Assembly: GCA_024790105.1 (NCBI GenBank)
Contig: GCA_024790105.1_3053.1
Direction: 5' to 3' (one strand)
From: a phage
DNA: 64,000 bases
Shown in pieces: positions 29,648 to 39,807 of this stretch; within the stretch, counting starts at the first letter, position 1; every line of letters begins with the position of its first letter. The position numbers and the translations under genes were made by a program. The notes beneath the pieces are model-generated. The model searched no databases and was not told the origin of the DNA. It saw nothing but the letters and a program-made list of their open reading frames with translations.

Positions 29648-30313
29648 TTATAGTAGTGTTCTTGTTCCACGAAATACTTCGAGCATTCTTGCATAAGATT
29701 TATTTGGAAATCCAGCTTCAATTGCTAATTTTTTAAGCTTAATAGCACCGGGTTTTCCAGAGTTTTCCCATATTTCTTTAATCTTTTCAATGTTATCCCA
29801 CATTATTGGGTCACGTTTATGTGATGGTTTATTTCTATTATAACCATATGGATTATTAAGCAAAGCTTCTTTTCGTTTTGCTTTAGTTTCTTCTGACTGC
29901 TTTTTGCCTAGCTGGGCTTTCCGGCAAACATCACTAAATCCAAGATGTTTTGGTTTTCCTTTTTGAGCTTTTGAAATTTTTTCTTTGGTTTCTGATGAAA
30001 CTCTATAACCAATTCTTCTACCACCCTCTCCACCAATTTTTAAATTATAAGTCATAGGATCATTTACCACATCTATTGTTACTAATTCTCTTTCAGCATC
30101 ACGGGCTGATTTAAAATCTTTATAAAACCCAAGAATGCTTAAATTAAAATTTTTCTTACCATACTTTTTCTTGGCTTGTGCTAATAAAGTTCCTGATCCC
30201 ATATAACCATCATTTAAATCATCGGTTGAATGAGTTCCATAGTAAATTTTATTATTAACTAAATTAGTTATAACATAAGTATAATTATATTTCTTTTCTT
30301 TATGTCTTTTCAT
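29648..30313 (-). CDS. segA: GIY-YIG homing endonuclease SegA
   Basis: 221 aa from ATG 30313; YVITNLVNNKIYYGTHS GIY-YIG motif; between uvsX and glycosyltransferase. Confidence 0.8.
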   Translation of the reverse strand: MKRHKEKKYNYTYVITNLVNNKIYYGTHSTDDLNDGYMGSGTLLAQAKKKYGKKNFNLSILGFYKDFKSARDAERELVTIDVVNDPMTYNLKIGGEGGRRIGYRVSSETKEKISKAQKGKPKHLGFSDVCRKAQLGKKQSEETKAKRKEALLNNPYGYNRNKPSHKRDPIMWDNIEKIKEIWENSGKPGAIKLKKLAIEAGFPNKSYARMLEVFRGTRTLL

Positions 30314-30317
30314 GTCA

Positions 30318-31160
30318 TTAATCAACTGCTATTGGATGAATAGCATTAAACTTATGAAATGCTTCTGATTTTTCTTTACGCGAAACACACATGCGAAGAA
30401 CCTTTAATGGCTCGTCTTCTTCACCCAATGATTTTCGTTTTTCAATATTCGATGTTTTCCAACGAGCTTGCTCTGGAAACTCTCTATTGATTTGCTCAAG
30501 CGCTCTATTATGTTTAGAATTACTACGAATTGAACTACACCCACCGGGAGCCTGTGATTTTCCAGATACAACTAGATATTTGAACAAGGCCAAATGCGGA
30601 TAACCTTGATTAATTAAATTGAGAAATGCATACATATCTTCACATAAATCAATTTTTCCATACCCAATTTGTTCTGTCGTAAGTTTTCCGAGGTCATACC
30701 ATGTATTCGTGAATCCATATGAGTTTTCACGATAATTACCCCAAGATGAAGTAATTTTAAAAATTGGTAGACGAGCATGACCGTGATAATACCCGCAATC
30801 CATGGCATCTTCAACGTATTGAATTAATTCATAGAACTGTTCACGAGTTAATTGATTAATTTTATCTACACGCCGTTTATCGTCTCTCTTTCGTATTGAA
30901 CTCATACGAATAGTAGTATCATCATCAATCATCCAGATTCGTTGACCTGCATACATATCAGTAATTGCTTTACGAGTACCGGAAATTCCATTAACATCAT
31001 CAGGAATAGTTACAATTTTAGCTCTAGACCCATAAGCGTCATGATAAGCTTTTTCTTCATGTTCACGCACTACAATATGGGGTTCATAATCAGTCGGAAA
31101 CATATTAAGGGCAGAAACTGCCCCTACACGTTGATAGCTCGGAATTACGAATTGAATCAT
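30318..31160 (-). CDS. GT-A fold (family 2-like) glycosyltransferase at the beta-gt locus
   Basis: 280 aa from ATG 31160; VIPSYQR and IWMIDDD (DxD) motifs; does not resemble T4 beta-gt; ATGA overlap with gene 42. Confidence 0.7.
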   Translation of the reverse strand: MIQFVIPSYQRVGAVSALNMFPTDYEPHIVVREHEEKAYHDAYGSRAKIVTIPDDVNGISGTRKAITDMYAGQRIWMIDDDTTIRMSSIRKRDDKRRVDKINQLTREQFYELIQYVEDAMDCGYYHGHARLPIFKITSSWGNYRENSYGFTNTWYDLGKLTTEQIGYGKIDLCEDMYAFLNLINQGYPHLALFKYLVVSGKSQAPGGCSSIRSNSKHNRALEQINREFPEQARWKTSNIEKRKSLGEEDEPLKVLRMCVSRKEKSEAFHKFNAIHPIAVD

Positions 31161-31897
31161 TTCCACTCACCGTTATAATCTTTTTTCATAATATGAGTTT
31201 CGCCAGTATTCCACCAATGATCAACCAAGTAAAAATGACGAGAATATACATGAAGACTTCCAACATTCCATATAATAGAACCTGCTTTATACTGACGAGT
31301 TGAATCGCCTGCATTCAAATCAGATACTAATTTATCTAATACGTATTTTTGCCATGCATAGTCATTACGATAGCCTGCCCAACAGTCATTGCTTCTCATA
31401 TTAACAACCGCATTGACTTTCTTATCACGAATCAGGTACTGTACTGTATTAGTACACATGAAATCTGACATACCATCTTTATTGTAGTCAAATTGCATGG
31501 ATGGACGAGTATAAATCATGATACCACGTCGAGAATCAGGATTTTGACCAAGTTCAGCTAAACACATATCATACTGGGCATAGTTATCTTCTGACCAGAT
31601 AGCCCAACCATAATTCGAGTTAATTTCACCTTTAGAAGATGCTACCTGCTGCCAAATCTTCGGTGTTTCACCCGGAATATCTTTAACGAACAAGCTCTTA
31701 GATTTATACCATTCAAGTTCACGCTGAATGTATTCATCATTAAGAGCGCCAAAAATAAACGGTTCATCTGCTACAAATGATGCGCCAATAATTTCAATAG
31801 TTTTAACACCAGTTTTATCAACTACGAAATCTTTTTCTTTTAATGCAAGCCCCAAATGAAGACGGATTTCTTCAACTGTCATAGAGTCACTAATCAT
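31157..31897 (-). CDS. 42: dCMP hydroxymethylase gp42
   Basis: 246 aa; ATG 31897 with GAGGT SD. Confidence 0.9.
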   Translation of the reverse strand: MISDSMTVEEIRLHLGLALKEKDFVVDKTGVKTIEIIGASFVADEPFIFGALNDEYIQRELEWYKSKSLFVKDIPGETPKIWQQVASSKGEINSNYGWAIWSEDNYAQYDMCLAELGQNPDSRRGIMIYTRPSMQFDYNKDGMSDFMCTNTVQYLIRDKKVNAVVNMRSNDCWAGYRNDYAWQKYVLDKLVSDLNAGDSTRQYKAGSIIWNVGSLHVYSRHFYLVDHWWNTGETHIMKKDYNGEWK

Positions 31898-31904
31898 TTA
31901 AACC

Positions 31905-32054
31905 TCAATTGATACATTCATATTTAACTTGTAACAGTAATAAACCCCAACCTAAAATAATAGTTGGAATCATAAGAGGAACCGTTACACTATAGTATAT
32001 ACTTATTATAACCATCAAGATTAAAAGCAATGCTGTTATAATTTTGCTTTTCAT
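31905..32054 (-). CDS. small membrane protein (49 aa)
   Basis: ATG 32054 overlaps imm stop (ATGA); re-translated codon by codon. Confidence 0.35.
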   Translation of the reverse strand: MKSKIITALLLILMVIISIYYSVTVPLMIPTIILGWGLLLLQVKYECIN

Positions 32055-32302
32055 TCCTTCTCTCTGATGATAATTACCTGATTTGGCTGCGCAGACTTTT
32101 TAGTTTCACCTGCAATTGACCAAATAAATGTAATAAACCAACCAATAATTGACCAGTTAAACAGTAAAGATGTGAAAAAGATTCCTACTGTCGATTTTGA
32201 CCCACGCATCAAGGCGATAAACCATGGAAGCATGTATATAATAATAGCCAACACGCCTGAAACTAAAACCATAAAAATTGAACCTGCTACTAAAGTTTCC
32301 AT
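32051..32302 (-). CDS. imm: Imm superinfection immunity membrane protein
   Basis: 83 aa, two TM helices; ATG 32302 with GAGGAAAAC SD. Confidence 0.8.
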   Translation of the reverse strand: METLVAGSIFMVLVSGVLAIIIYMLPWFIALMRGSKSTVGIFFTSLLFNWSIIGWFITFIWSIAGETKKSAQPNQVIIIREKE

Positions 32303-32309
32303 GTTTTCC

Positions 32310-32690
32310 TCACTTAGTTAAATTTTTTACGCATGAATTATAAGAATTCACTACATACTCCATCGGAGCATTTTTACCAGTACGCCATTGGTAATTATTA
32401 GCCCAATTAGCCCAAAGTTCTGCACAGTAATTTTCAATTTTTTCTTCGCGTGTAATTACATCCGAATTACGATATGCTTGAGCAGATTCATCTGGACGAA
32501 TAGCTTCGTCAAAATTCGCCTGCATTTGTTCTACTGTTTGCTTTGGAGCTTCTTTATAACACTTGACATTAGGATTATAAAATTTGCTTGAACAGTTTAC
32601 AATTTTTCCTACATCAGACTGATTTACTACCGGTCCTTGAGCTACACAACCAGTAAGACCTAATGCAATAACCAAAATAGCGATTTTCAT
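32310..32690 (-). CDS. putative lipoprotein (126 aa)
   Basis: ATG 32690 with GGAGAATGAA SD; lipobox LTGC. Confidence 0.65.
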   Translation of the reverse strand: MKIAILVIALGLTGCVAQGPVVNQSDVGKIVNCSSKFYNPNVKCYKEAPKQTVEQMQANFDEAIRPDESAQAYRNSDVITREEKIENYCAELWANWANNYQWRTGKNAPMEYVVNSYNSCVKNLTK

Positions 32691-32708
32691 TTCATTCTCC
32701 AAATCCGT

Positions 32709-32757
32709 ATCAGTAGTTGATAGTTGTATAGTACCATAGAAGAACAGGGATGTAAAC
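32709..32757 (-). promoter_or_regulatory. early promoter cassette
   Basis: GTTTAC 32757-32752 with conserved -10/leader block. Confidence 0.6.
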
Positions 32758-32840
32758 AGTTTTGTGAAAAAAAAATTTTTAGGGAATCAAAAGGGTCCAG
32801 AATCATCTCTTTTTCATAAGTATAGATTTATATTACTTGT

Positions 32841-32865
32841 ATGAAAAAGGGACCTGGAGGTCCCT
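32841..32865 (-). terminator. rho-independent terminator downstream of gene 43
   Basis: AGGGACC-tgga-GGTCCCT hairpin then U-run on minus strand. Confidence 0.6.
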
Positions 32866-32877
32866 AGATTTATTCTA

Positions 32878-35574
32878 TCAGCCAAACAGGAAGTCTAACG
32901 AAGCTTTTTCTTCATAGTCCATGCCAGCCGATTCACACATACCCGCAAGCGGTTTAACAAACGATTTTTGGAACAAAGTTGAGTGGTCAATCCAAGATAG
33001 TACGTCAGAACGAATTTCTTTTGGAAGTTCTGTACCCGACGGCCAAGCAATGCACTTGTCACCAAATGGATTTCCTTCACGTAATGGAAGAACCATTACC
33101 TTATTTCCATCCAAAATTGGAGCTACACCTAGACCACTAACAGCTCGACGATAAGTTAGCACCCCACGAATGTGGAACGGGCATTTAAATCCTGGCCAAC
33201 CTTTATCATCATATTTCGCTATATCGTTCGCAGTTTTTACTTCAGCAATAACTTTATAGTCGAGTTGACGATATTCTTTCTCGAAGTTCTTGTAGTATTC
33301 TTGGACAGACTCTTCGCCTTCCTGAAGAATACGACGAATACTTTCTTCGAGAGCTTCTTGTACTGCTTTTGGTGTTGAACTCTGCTGAGTTTCCATACCC
33401 ATGATTTTTAGATGCGGTTCAGCAAATCGCTTATCTTCCATATCATAAACGTTCAGAGCATAACGCTTTTTCGCTTTCCAAAATCCACCAACGCCCTTTG
33501 AACCAAGCGGAGGGCAAGAAATAGCTTCACGGTCCATATGCATCAGATGCTCGCGGTTATTCATATAATCACATAACTCACGATATGCAACATCAATCAT
33601 AGGTTCCATCTTTTTCTTACCGAACTGATTCATGAATTCAACTAAATCGTTCTGCTCTTTGAATCGGTCAAGACCAACTTTTTCAATAACTTTATCTACG
33701 CAAACATATACCGAATCAGTATCACCTGCTGCGATGAAATCTTCATCATTAGTTCCGCATACTTTATTCAGATATTCATTAATTTTACGAGCAATCCACT
33801 GAATACCAACTTGGCCGAAAATTGTGATAGCAGTAGCATTTCGCAAATCATAGTAACGGAAATGAATATTACCAAGAGCACCATAAAGACTGTTAATAAG
33901 AATTTTACGGTTCAGCTGATTTGTATTAGCAAGTGTAGCTGCTTTTTCACATTCTTCAATCAGACTATTAAGAACAGATTCAGTATAATTCGATAGTTCA
34001 TTTAAGAAATCATCATTGAACTTAACATATCGTTCAACTTCTGGTTTAGTTGAACAAGACCCTGCGCCTTTCATAATAATCTTTTTAATAGCTTCGGCAT
34101 TCATTTCTTCAGCGAACATTTTCTTTTTCCAGTCTTTACGCTGGAAAAATACTTTAGCAATTTCCTTTGGAATGATACCTTCTTGATGCTTATCATACAT
34201 CCATCCATTCGGAGAACAAGAATATTCATCACTCGGTTTAGGAGCTGTTCCTGCGATATATTCATGAATTGGATGAACTTTAAACTGACCACGAATAGTC
34301 TCAGGACTAATGTTAACCTGACGAATAATGCTCGGATACAGAGACGTCAAGTCAAAACTCATAATATATCGACGAGCAATTGGTTTAGGTTCAAACACAA
34401 ATGCACCCGGAAAACTTTGTTTAACGTGCGAACCTTGTTGAGGAATAACCTTATGTTCACCTTTCAATGAGTTAAAAATAATAGCATCCCAAGTTTTAAT
34501 AGGACTCATTACACCGGAAAAAGGCATTTTAGCGTAATAAGACATACTTAAAACTAGATCGATAAACCCGCGAATTTTATCAATTGCTTGAACTGATTCT
34601 ACGTCAATGATGTTATAACTAATGTATCGTTGATGATTAGTCTCACGAAGTTTATTAATAGGACCGTCGTATGGTAATTTACCTTTTTTGGTTTCATGCT
34701 GAGCAACTGATTCCAAAGAGAATGACGGCAAATTAGTAAAAGCGAATTTCTTGTACAAATCTAAATAATCAAGAATAGATACGCCATCAATAGAATAAAT
34801 TTCTTTGCTACCGTACACATTTTGAATTAGTTTAGATTTTACTCGACCGATTGGAGAGAAGCGTTTCATACTACGTTCACCGAGAACCATTTTAACACGA
34901 TTCATGATATATGGAACGTCAAATCCCTCAATATTCCAACCGGTAAAAATAGCAGGTCGTTTCTGTTCCCAAAGATTAATATATTCCATGAGCATATCAC
35001 GCTCATTATCAAATGGCATATAAATTACTCGGTCAAGAATTTCTTGAGGAACTTCATCACCACCTTCACAGTCAAGCTTAGCAGCTAACTTTGCATCCCA
35101 TTTTGATACTGAACCGTACATTGAATTCAAAAGGTCGAAAACATAAAAACGATCATCAATTGAATCGTAATGAGTGATAGCATCAATTTCATATTCAGCT
35201 TTCATTGGGTCAGGAAATTTATCACCAGTAACCTCAATGTCGCAGTTAGCTACACGAACAAATTTTCGGTCATAAACAATTTCTGAACCATATGTATCAC
35301 TGATGTAAGCGAGTTTAAAATCGTTCATACCGAGAGCTTCGAGACCGATGTCTTCCATTCGCTTCATCCAGTCTCGAGCATCTTTCATTGATGGAAATTT
35401 TTGAGGAGCGCAGTTTTTACCATAGATGTCTTTGTACTTTGACTCTTCCTTACAATGTCTAAACATAGTCGGAAGATATTCTACTTCGCGAGTACGTTCC
35501 TTTCCGTTTTCATCAATATAACGTTCAACAATGTTATTTCCGACTGTTTCAATAGAGATATAAAATTCTTTCAT
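32878..35574 (-). CDS. 43: DNA polymerase gp43 (family B)
   Basis: 898 aa; ATG 35574 with AAGGAA SD. Confidence 0.97.
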   Translation of the reverse strand: MKEFYISIETVGNNIVERYIDENGKERTREVEYLPTMFRHCKEESKYKDIYGKNCAPQKFPSMKDARDWMKRMEDIGLEALGMNDFKLAYISDTYGSEIVYDRKFVRVANCDIEVTGDKFPDPMKAEYEIDAITHYDSIDDRFYVFDLLNSMYGSVSKWDAKLAAKLDCEGGDEVPQEILDRVIYMPFDNERDMLMEYINLWEQKRPAIFTGWNIEGFDVPYIMNRVKMVLGERSMKRFSPIGRVKSKLIQNVYGSKEIYSIDGVSILDYLDLYKKFAFTNLPSFSLESVAQHETKKGKLPYDGPINKLRETNHQRYISYNIIDVESVQAIDKIRGFIDLVLSMSYYAKMPFSGVMSPIKTWDAIIFNSLKGEHKVIPQQGSHVKQSFPGAFVFEPKPIARRYIMSFDLTSLYPSIIRQVNISPETIRGQFKVHPIHEYIAGTAPKPSDEYSCSPNGWMYDKHQEGIIPKEIAKVFFQRKDWKKKMFAEEMNAEAIKKIIMKGAGSCSTKPEVERYVKFNDDFLNELSNYTESVLNSLIEECEKAATLANTNQLNRKILINSLYGALGNIHFRYYDLRNATAITIFGQVGIQWIARKINEYLNKVCGTNDEDFIAAGDTDSVYVCVDKVIEKVGLDRFKEQNDLVEFMNQFGKKKMEPMIDVAYRELCDYMNNREHLMHMDREAISCPPLGSKGVGGFWKAKKRYALNVYDMEDKRFAEPHLKIMGMETQQSSTPKAVQEALEESIRRILQEGEESVQEYYKNFEKEYRQLDYKVIAEVKTANDIAKYDDKGWPGFKCPFHIRGVLTYRRAVSGLGVAPILDGNKVMVLPLREGNPFGDKCIAWPSGTELPKEIRSDVLSWIDHSTLFQKSFVKPLAGMCESAGMDYEEKASLDFLFG

Positions 35575-35592
35575 AGATATTCCTTAGTTTAT

Positions 35593-35610
35593 AGCCCGAG
35601 TTATTAGGCT
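35593..35610 (-). promoter_or_regulatory. gp43 translational operator hairpin
   Basis: mRNA AGCCUAAUAACUCGGGCU stem-loop just 5' of the gene 43 SD, matching the known autoregulatory operator. Confidence 0.6.
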
Positions 35611-35652
35611 CTTGATATATTATACTCCAAATAAGGGCCGAAGCCCCATTGC

Positions 35653-36021
35653 TTAATTACCAATCGTATATTTAGGAACGAGTTTCCATTCATGTTTTTG
35701 TTTAAAAGAAATAACTCGGAAGTTATTAGTTAAATCTTTCATAAAAGTTCTTTGACCAGGAACGATTTCAATCAGTCCCCAATCTTCTAATAGCCATGCA
35801 ATCGAATCACGACGAACTTCATCTTCTTCTGTCATTTCAACTTGACGACCATCCATACGAAGCATTTCTTTAAAATGAACGATATAGTATAGTCCTTTTT
35901 TCTGAAGAATATGACAGGATTGATACAGAACTTTATCTTTATTATTAGCAATTCCCATACGAGTCAAAGTTTCTTTTACTTTCAGAAAATCTTCAGGTTT
36001 TTTAAGAGTAATTTCAATCAT
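35653..36021 (-). CDS. regA: translational repressor RegA
   Basis: 122 aa; ATG 36021. Confidence 0.9.
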   Translation of the reverse strand: MIEITLKKPEDFLKVKETLTRMGIANNKDKVLYQSCHILQKKGLYYIVHFKEMLRMDGRQVEMTEEDEVRRDSIAWLLEDWGLIEIVPGQRTFMKDLTNNFRVISFKQKHEWKLVPKYTIGN

Positions 36022-36022
36022 T

Positions 36023-36586
36023 TTACCATTCCAATGCTAGTTTTTTGAGTTGTTTCTGTTCTTTTACGTTCTTAGTCACTTCTTTCAAAAAATCATCCGT
36101 GACTAATCCTTTAAGTTCTTTTAATACTAAAGGAAGTTTTCCATTTTTAGTAAGAATTGATTTATAGTTAATTGCATCATTTGTATTAACTTGATACCGC
36201 TTAGCAAGTAACTTAATAATCAATACTTCGGTGGAATCTTCAACTAGTTTTGCCCATTTACCATATCTTTTACCACGAGGAACTGCAGCCATTAGATAAT
36301 TAAAATGAGCTTCATCACTTAAGCCTGATCCAATTAAATTCATAGCATATACAGCTGGCATGCACTCTGGAAATTGTGATAATGCATTTTCAACCATGAA
36401 TTTTGAATAATCTTTTTGAGCAATAGAGCATTTAGTTTTATTATTAATAGCTCCAATTATTTCAAAAAACTCATTTTCAGCTTTTTCTTTAAAAGAATCA
36501 GCAGCGGATTGGACAGCTGTCCAATCTTTTGAATACCAAGCAACTTGATGCTCGTTTAATTGAATATCATCTTCAAATAAGCTCAT
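36023..36586 (-). CDS. 62: clamp loader small subunit gp62
   Basis: 187 aa from ATG 36586 (MSLFEDDIQ...), one nt after gene 44 stop. Confidence 0.9.
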   Translation of the reverse strand: MSLFEDDIQLNEHQVAWYSKDWTAVQSAADSFKEKAENEFFEIIGAINNKTKCSIAQKDYSKFMVENALSQFPECMPAVYAMNLIGSGLSDEAHFNYLMAAVPRGKRYGKWAKLVEDSTEVLIIKLLAKRYQVNTNDAINYKSILTKNGKLPLVLKELKGLVTDDFLKEVTKNVKEQKQLKKLALEW

Positions 36587-36587
36587 A

Positions 36588-37547
36588 TCACTTCCACTGC
36601 ATTTCACATGCTAACTGAATGAAAAGATAAGCTAGATGCAATTCAGTATTAGCTGCAATACCATGATACTGGTTATTTTCACCAACAATTTCATACATAC
36701 GAATAATACTTTGCGGAGTTACGCGTGTATAAATTTCTTCGGCAAGTTTACCAACGAACCACGAATAATCAGCCGCATATTTTGGTGCTAAAGCTCTGAG
36801 TTGTTTAACATCTTTATTTTTGAGAGACTCAAGAACATCATCAATAGCACCACGATCGTTAGTAACCAGTGATAAAATACCAGCATCCAAAACACCTTTA
36901 GATGAATAACTATCGAGCTCGCCAATAGTTTTACGAAAATCAGGAAAATTCTTTTTAACCAAAGCTGCTACAACTTTCATATCAGCTATAGCAATTCCTT
37001 CATGCTTACAGATTTCAGTCAACCGACGAATCATCTGCTTCATCATTTCAATTTTATCTTCATCGGTCGGTTGACCGAATGTAATAACTCGGCAGCGTGA
37101 CTGAAGCGGTTTAATAATACCATCAATATTGTTAGCAGTAATAATAATACTACAGTTTGAACTATAAGCTTCCATAAAGGAACGAAGATGTCGCTGAGAC
37201 TCTGCTAATCCTGAGCGGTCAAATTCATCAATAACGATTACTTTTTGACGACCATCAAATGAAGCGGCGCTGGCAAAATTAGTCAAAGGACCGCGAACGA
37301 AATCAATTTTACAATCTGATCCATTCACAAACATCATATCAGCATTTACATCATGACACAATGCTTTTGCTACAGTTGTTTTACCTGTTCCTGGAGAAGG
37401 AGAATGAAGAATAATATGTGGAATCTTACCTTTACTTGTAATAGATTTAAAGGTTTCTTTATCAAAGGCGGGAAGAATACATTCATCGATAGTAGATGGA
37501 CGATATTTCTGTTCAAGAATGTGTTCTTTTTCATTTACGGTAATCAT
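36588..37547 (-). CDS. 44: clamp loader ATPase subunit gp44
   Basis: 319 aa from ATG 37547 with GAGGAAATT SD; Walker A GTGKTT. Confidence 0.9.
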   Translation of the reverse strand: MITVNEKEHILEQKYRPSTIDECILPAFDKETFKSITSKGKIPHIILHSPSPGTGKTTVAKALCHDVNADMMFVNGSDCKIDFVRGPLTNFASAASFDGRQKVIVIDEFDRSGLAESQRHLRSFMEAYSSNCSIIITANNIDGIIKPLQSRCRVITFGQPTDEDKIEMMKQMIRRLTEICKHEGIAIADMKVVAALVKKNFPDFRKTIGELDSYSSKGVLDAGILSLVTNDRGAIDDVLESLKNKDVKQLRALAPKYAADYSWFVGKLAEEIYTRVTPQSIIRMYEIVGENNQYHGIAANTELHLAYLFIQLACEMQWK

Positions 37548-37570
37548 AATTTCCTCATTCAAGTTTTAGT

Positions 37571-37595
37571 GTAAATTATAAAGGGCCGAAGCCCT
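37571..37595 (-). terminator. C(UUCG)G hairpin between genes 45 and 44
   Basis: AGGGC-cgaa-GCCCT hairpin with U-rich 3' tract on minus strand. Confidence 0.5.
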
Positions 37596-37598
37596 CTA

Positions 37599-38285
37599 TT
37601 AAAAATCGTGGGTAGAATCAGCTTCAAGAGCTACTACATAATTCGCGTGTTCACCTTCAAATTTAGCAGCGCCTTGTTTACCTTTTGCCCAAAGCAGAAG
37701 TTTATAATTTCCTGGTTGCATTTTCATATTTGCCATATTGATAATGAAATTAAATGTATTTTCACCATCATAATCACCAAGAGTCAAAGAATATTTAACA
37801 CGGGTAAGAGCAGAATCTTCTACTTTATTAAAACCGTTAATTACGATTTTACCTTCTTTTACCGTGATAGCAATTGTATCAATTTGCAGACCACGAGATA
37901 CACGCAATAGTTGTTGAAGGTCTTCAGCTTTAATTTCAGTAACAACAGATGCTACCGGGAATGGAATTGGTTTATTAGGAGCAACTACTGTACTCGGATC
38001 GGCTGCTGGCCAAAAAATTGTTGAACGAGCATCAGCAATTTTAATATTTCCATCTTCTGACTGGGAAATTTCTGCATCGTCATTAACTAGAGACAGAATA
38101 CCGAGAAAACCGTTCAAATCGTAAATTGCTACATCAAAATCAATAACGTCAGAAATATTTGCTTCCGCATAAGTTGTACCATTAACTGCGCGAGTCATAA
38201 TAAATTGACCAGATTTAAGCATAATGCCAGAGTTAATAGTAGCGAAATTTTTCAAAATATTCAGTGTGTCTTTAGATAATTTCAT
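37599..38285 (-). CDS. 45: sliding clamp gp45
   Basis: 228 aa; ATG 38285 with AGGAAATTGAA SD. Confidence 0.95.
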   Translation of the reverse strand: MKLSKDTLNILKNFATINSGIMLKSGQFIMTRAVNGTTYAEANISDVIDFDVAIYDLNGFLGILSLVNDDAEISQSEDGNIKIADARSTIFWPAADPSTVVAPNKPIPFPVASVVTEIKAEDLQQLLRVSRGLQIDTIAITVKEGKIVINGFNKVEDSALTRVKYSLTLGDYDGENTFNFIINMANMKMQPGNYKLLLWAKGKQGAAKFEGEHANYVVALEADSTHDF

Positions 38286-39169
38286 TTCAATTTCCTATTT
38301 ACATAATAGTTAGACCAGGACCGTACAGCACCCTGATAAGATTCGTCGTTAAACCCATTAGCTACTGCAATTTTACGAAATTTATTATAACTCGGTTTTC
38401 CGTAAGCATGCCATAAAGATTTTAATTCATCTTCATGTTCAATCCAAGTTCCTCTAGCTTTAGATTTTCTAAATTTTGATTTGAATTCCGGTAAATTATT
38501 TCTAACAGTTGCTTGAATTGAAGCTCTCTGTCTTCTTTCAGCATTATTCCATAATTCTTTTTGAGATTTAGAAATTTTTGATCTTACACTTTCTGAATTC
38601 ATTATATCACTAAACTTTTTAGCATAACTACAATCAAGATATTTCAATTTCATCTTATTTGAGAGTTTAAGCTTTTTCTCATCGGTCCAGTGATTCTTCA
38701 TTGAATTAGATATTTTGTATTTTACCTCAGAACTATGTTTGTAACCTTTACGAATACCGACATACTCAGGCGTAATTTCAGATTGCGAAAGCTTTACAAT
38801 TTTTCCAGTTAAAACATTTTTATATGTTCCATATCCTTTAGCACCAATTAAAGTATTTTCATCCGCGTATGCTTTATTAAAATATTTTATATTACTTTTT
38901 GCTTTAACTTTTAATTGAAAAAATCTTTCCAATTTTCTTGGATCTAATATAGTTTCAGCTAAAATTTTGACGGTATATTTAGTGGTTTTAATAAGCTCAA
39001 AATATTCATCACTATAACTAGATGACACGCTTCCAGTATAAATCTTTCCAGCTGAATCAATTATATTTGTTCCATCGAAAATTGCGTTAATTTTTGAACC
39101 TATATAATAACACGGAAAAATATTTTTAGCTTCCCGCTCTGGAAAGCTAATAAGATATACTAAATTCAT
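38282..39169 (-). CDS. Seg-like GIY-YIG homing endonuclease (295 aa) between gene 45 and rpbA
   Basis: VYLISF...YYIGS motif, NUMOD-like repeats, C-terminal domain resembling SegA; ATGA overlaps with both neighbours. Confidence 0.75.
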   Translation of the reverse strand: MNLVYLISFPEREAKNIFPCYYIGSKINAIFDGTNIIDSAGKIYTGSVSSSYSDEYFELIKTTKYTVKILAETILDPRKLERFFQLKVKAKSNIKYFNKAYADENTLIGAKGYGTYKNVLTGKIVKLSQSEITPEYVGIRKGYKHSSEVKYKISNSMKNHWTDEKKLKLSNKMKLKYLDCSYAKKFSDIMNSESVRSKISKSQKELWNNAERRQRASIQATVRNNLPEFKSKFRKSKARGTWIEHEDELKSLWHAYGKPSYNKFRKIAVANGFNDESYQGAVRSWSNYYVNRKLK

Positions 39170-39555
39170 TTATTAAAATCAGCTGCGATTGTTTCGGCAA
39201 CAATTTGTGCAGCAACAATTAGACGTTCATCTGCATTACCGCAATATTCATCTTCTAAACGTTCACCGCATGAAGTCATAATAAATTTAGCAGCGGCGTT
39301 TAGGGATTCTGCAGTATGTTTGCGCATTAGTTCAATCCATTTATTACTTACTTCACGATCGATAGCTTCATAATACGCATGACGAGCAGGTGCAGATTTA
39401 ATTTTGTTCTGAATAACTTCCATTGCGTTATCAGAAAGAGACGAAACCCATGCGCGACGAATTTTATTTTGGTTTTGCGGATTTGAGTCAGAACGCACGT
39501 GTTTTGGCTGAATATCTTTTACATCAACAGTATAATTCACAGTAATTTTAGTCAT
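39166..39555 (-). CDS. rpbA: RNA polymerase-binding protein RpbA-like (129 aa)
   Basis: ATG 39555 with AAAGGTG SD; length and position. Confidence 0.7.
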   Translation of the reverse strand: MTKITVNYTVDVKDIQPKHVRSDSNPQNQNKIRRAWVSSLSDNAMEVIQNKIKSAPARHAYYEAIDREVSNKWIELMRKHTAESLNAAAKFIMTSCGERLEDEYCGNADERLIVAAQIVAETIAADFNK

Positions 39556-39564
39556 AATACACCT

Positions 39565-39756
39565 TTAGTCATAATAATCAGTAACAGTCCAAGCTTCATT
39601 TCTATTGGACATTATTTTTGTATATTCTGCTTTAAATGCATTCCTAAGCATAGATTCAGTAACTATATGCTCTTCATTAGAAAAATTATTTCTCAGAATA
39701 TATCGTTTTATTTCAGGAAAAGTTAATAGATGCTGTCCAGTTGAATATTCTGCCAC
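39565..39756 (-). CDS. hypothetical protein (63 aa)
   Basis: GTG 39756 preceded by GGAGGAACT SD. Confidence 0.5.
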   Translation of the reverse strand: MAEYSTGQHLLTFPEIKRYILRNNFSNEEHIVTESMLRNAFKAEYTKIMSNRNEAWTVTDYYD

Positions 39757-39766
39757 AGTTCCTCCG

Positions 39767-39774
39767 TATAAATA
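39767..39774 (+). promoter_or_regulatory. late-promoter-like TATAAATA on plus strand
   Basis: TATAAATA 34 nt upstream of the plus-strand HNH gene start. Confidence 0.4.
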
Positions 39775-39807
39775 TGCTTATCACTCGCTGTATCAAAAGG
39801 ATATGTT

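Noticed and set aside
30318-31166. Calling this ORF T4 beta-glucosyltransferase from its position
   Set aside because: It is about 280 aa with GT-A DxD motifs, not the roughly 351-aa T4 beta-gt as I remember it, so only a generic glycosyltransferase call is made.
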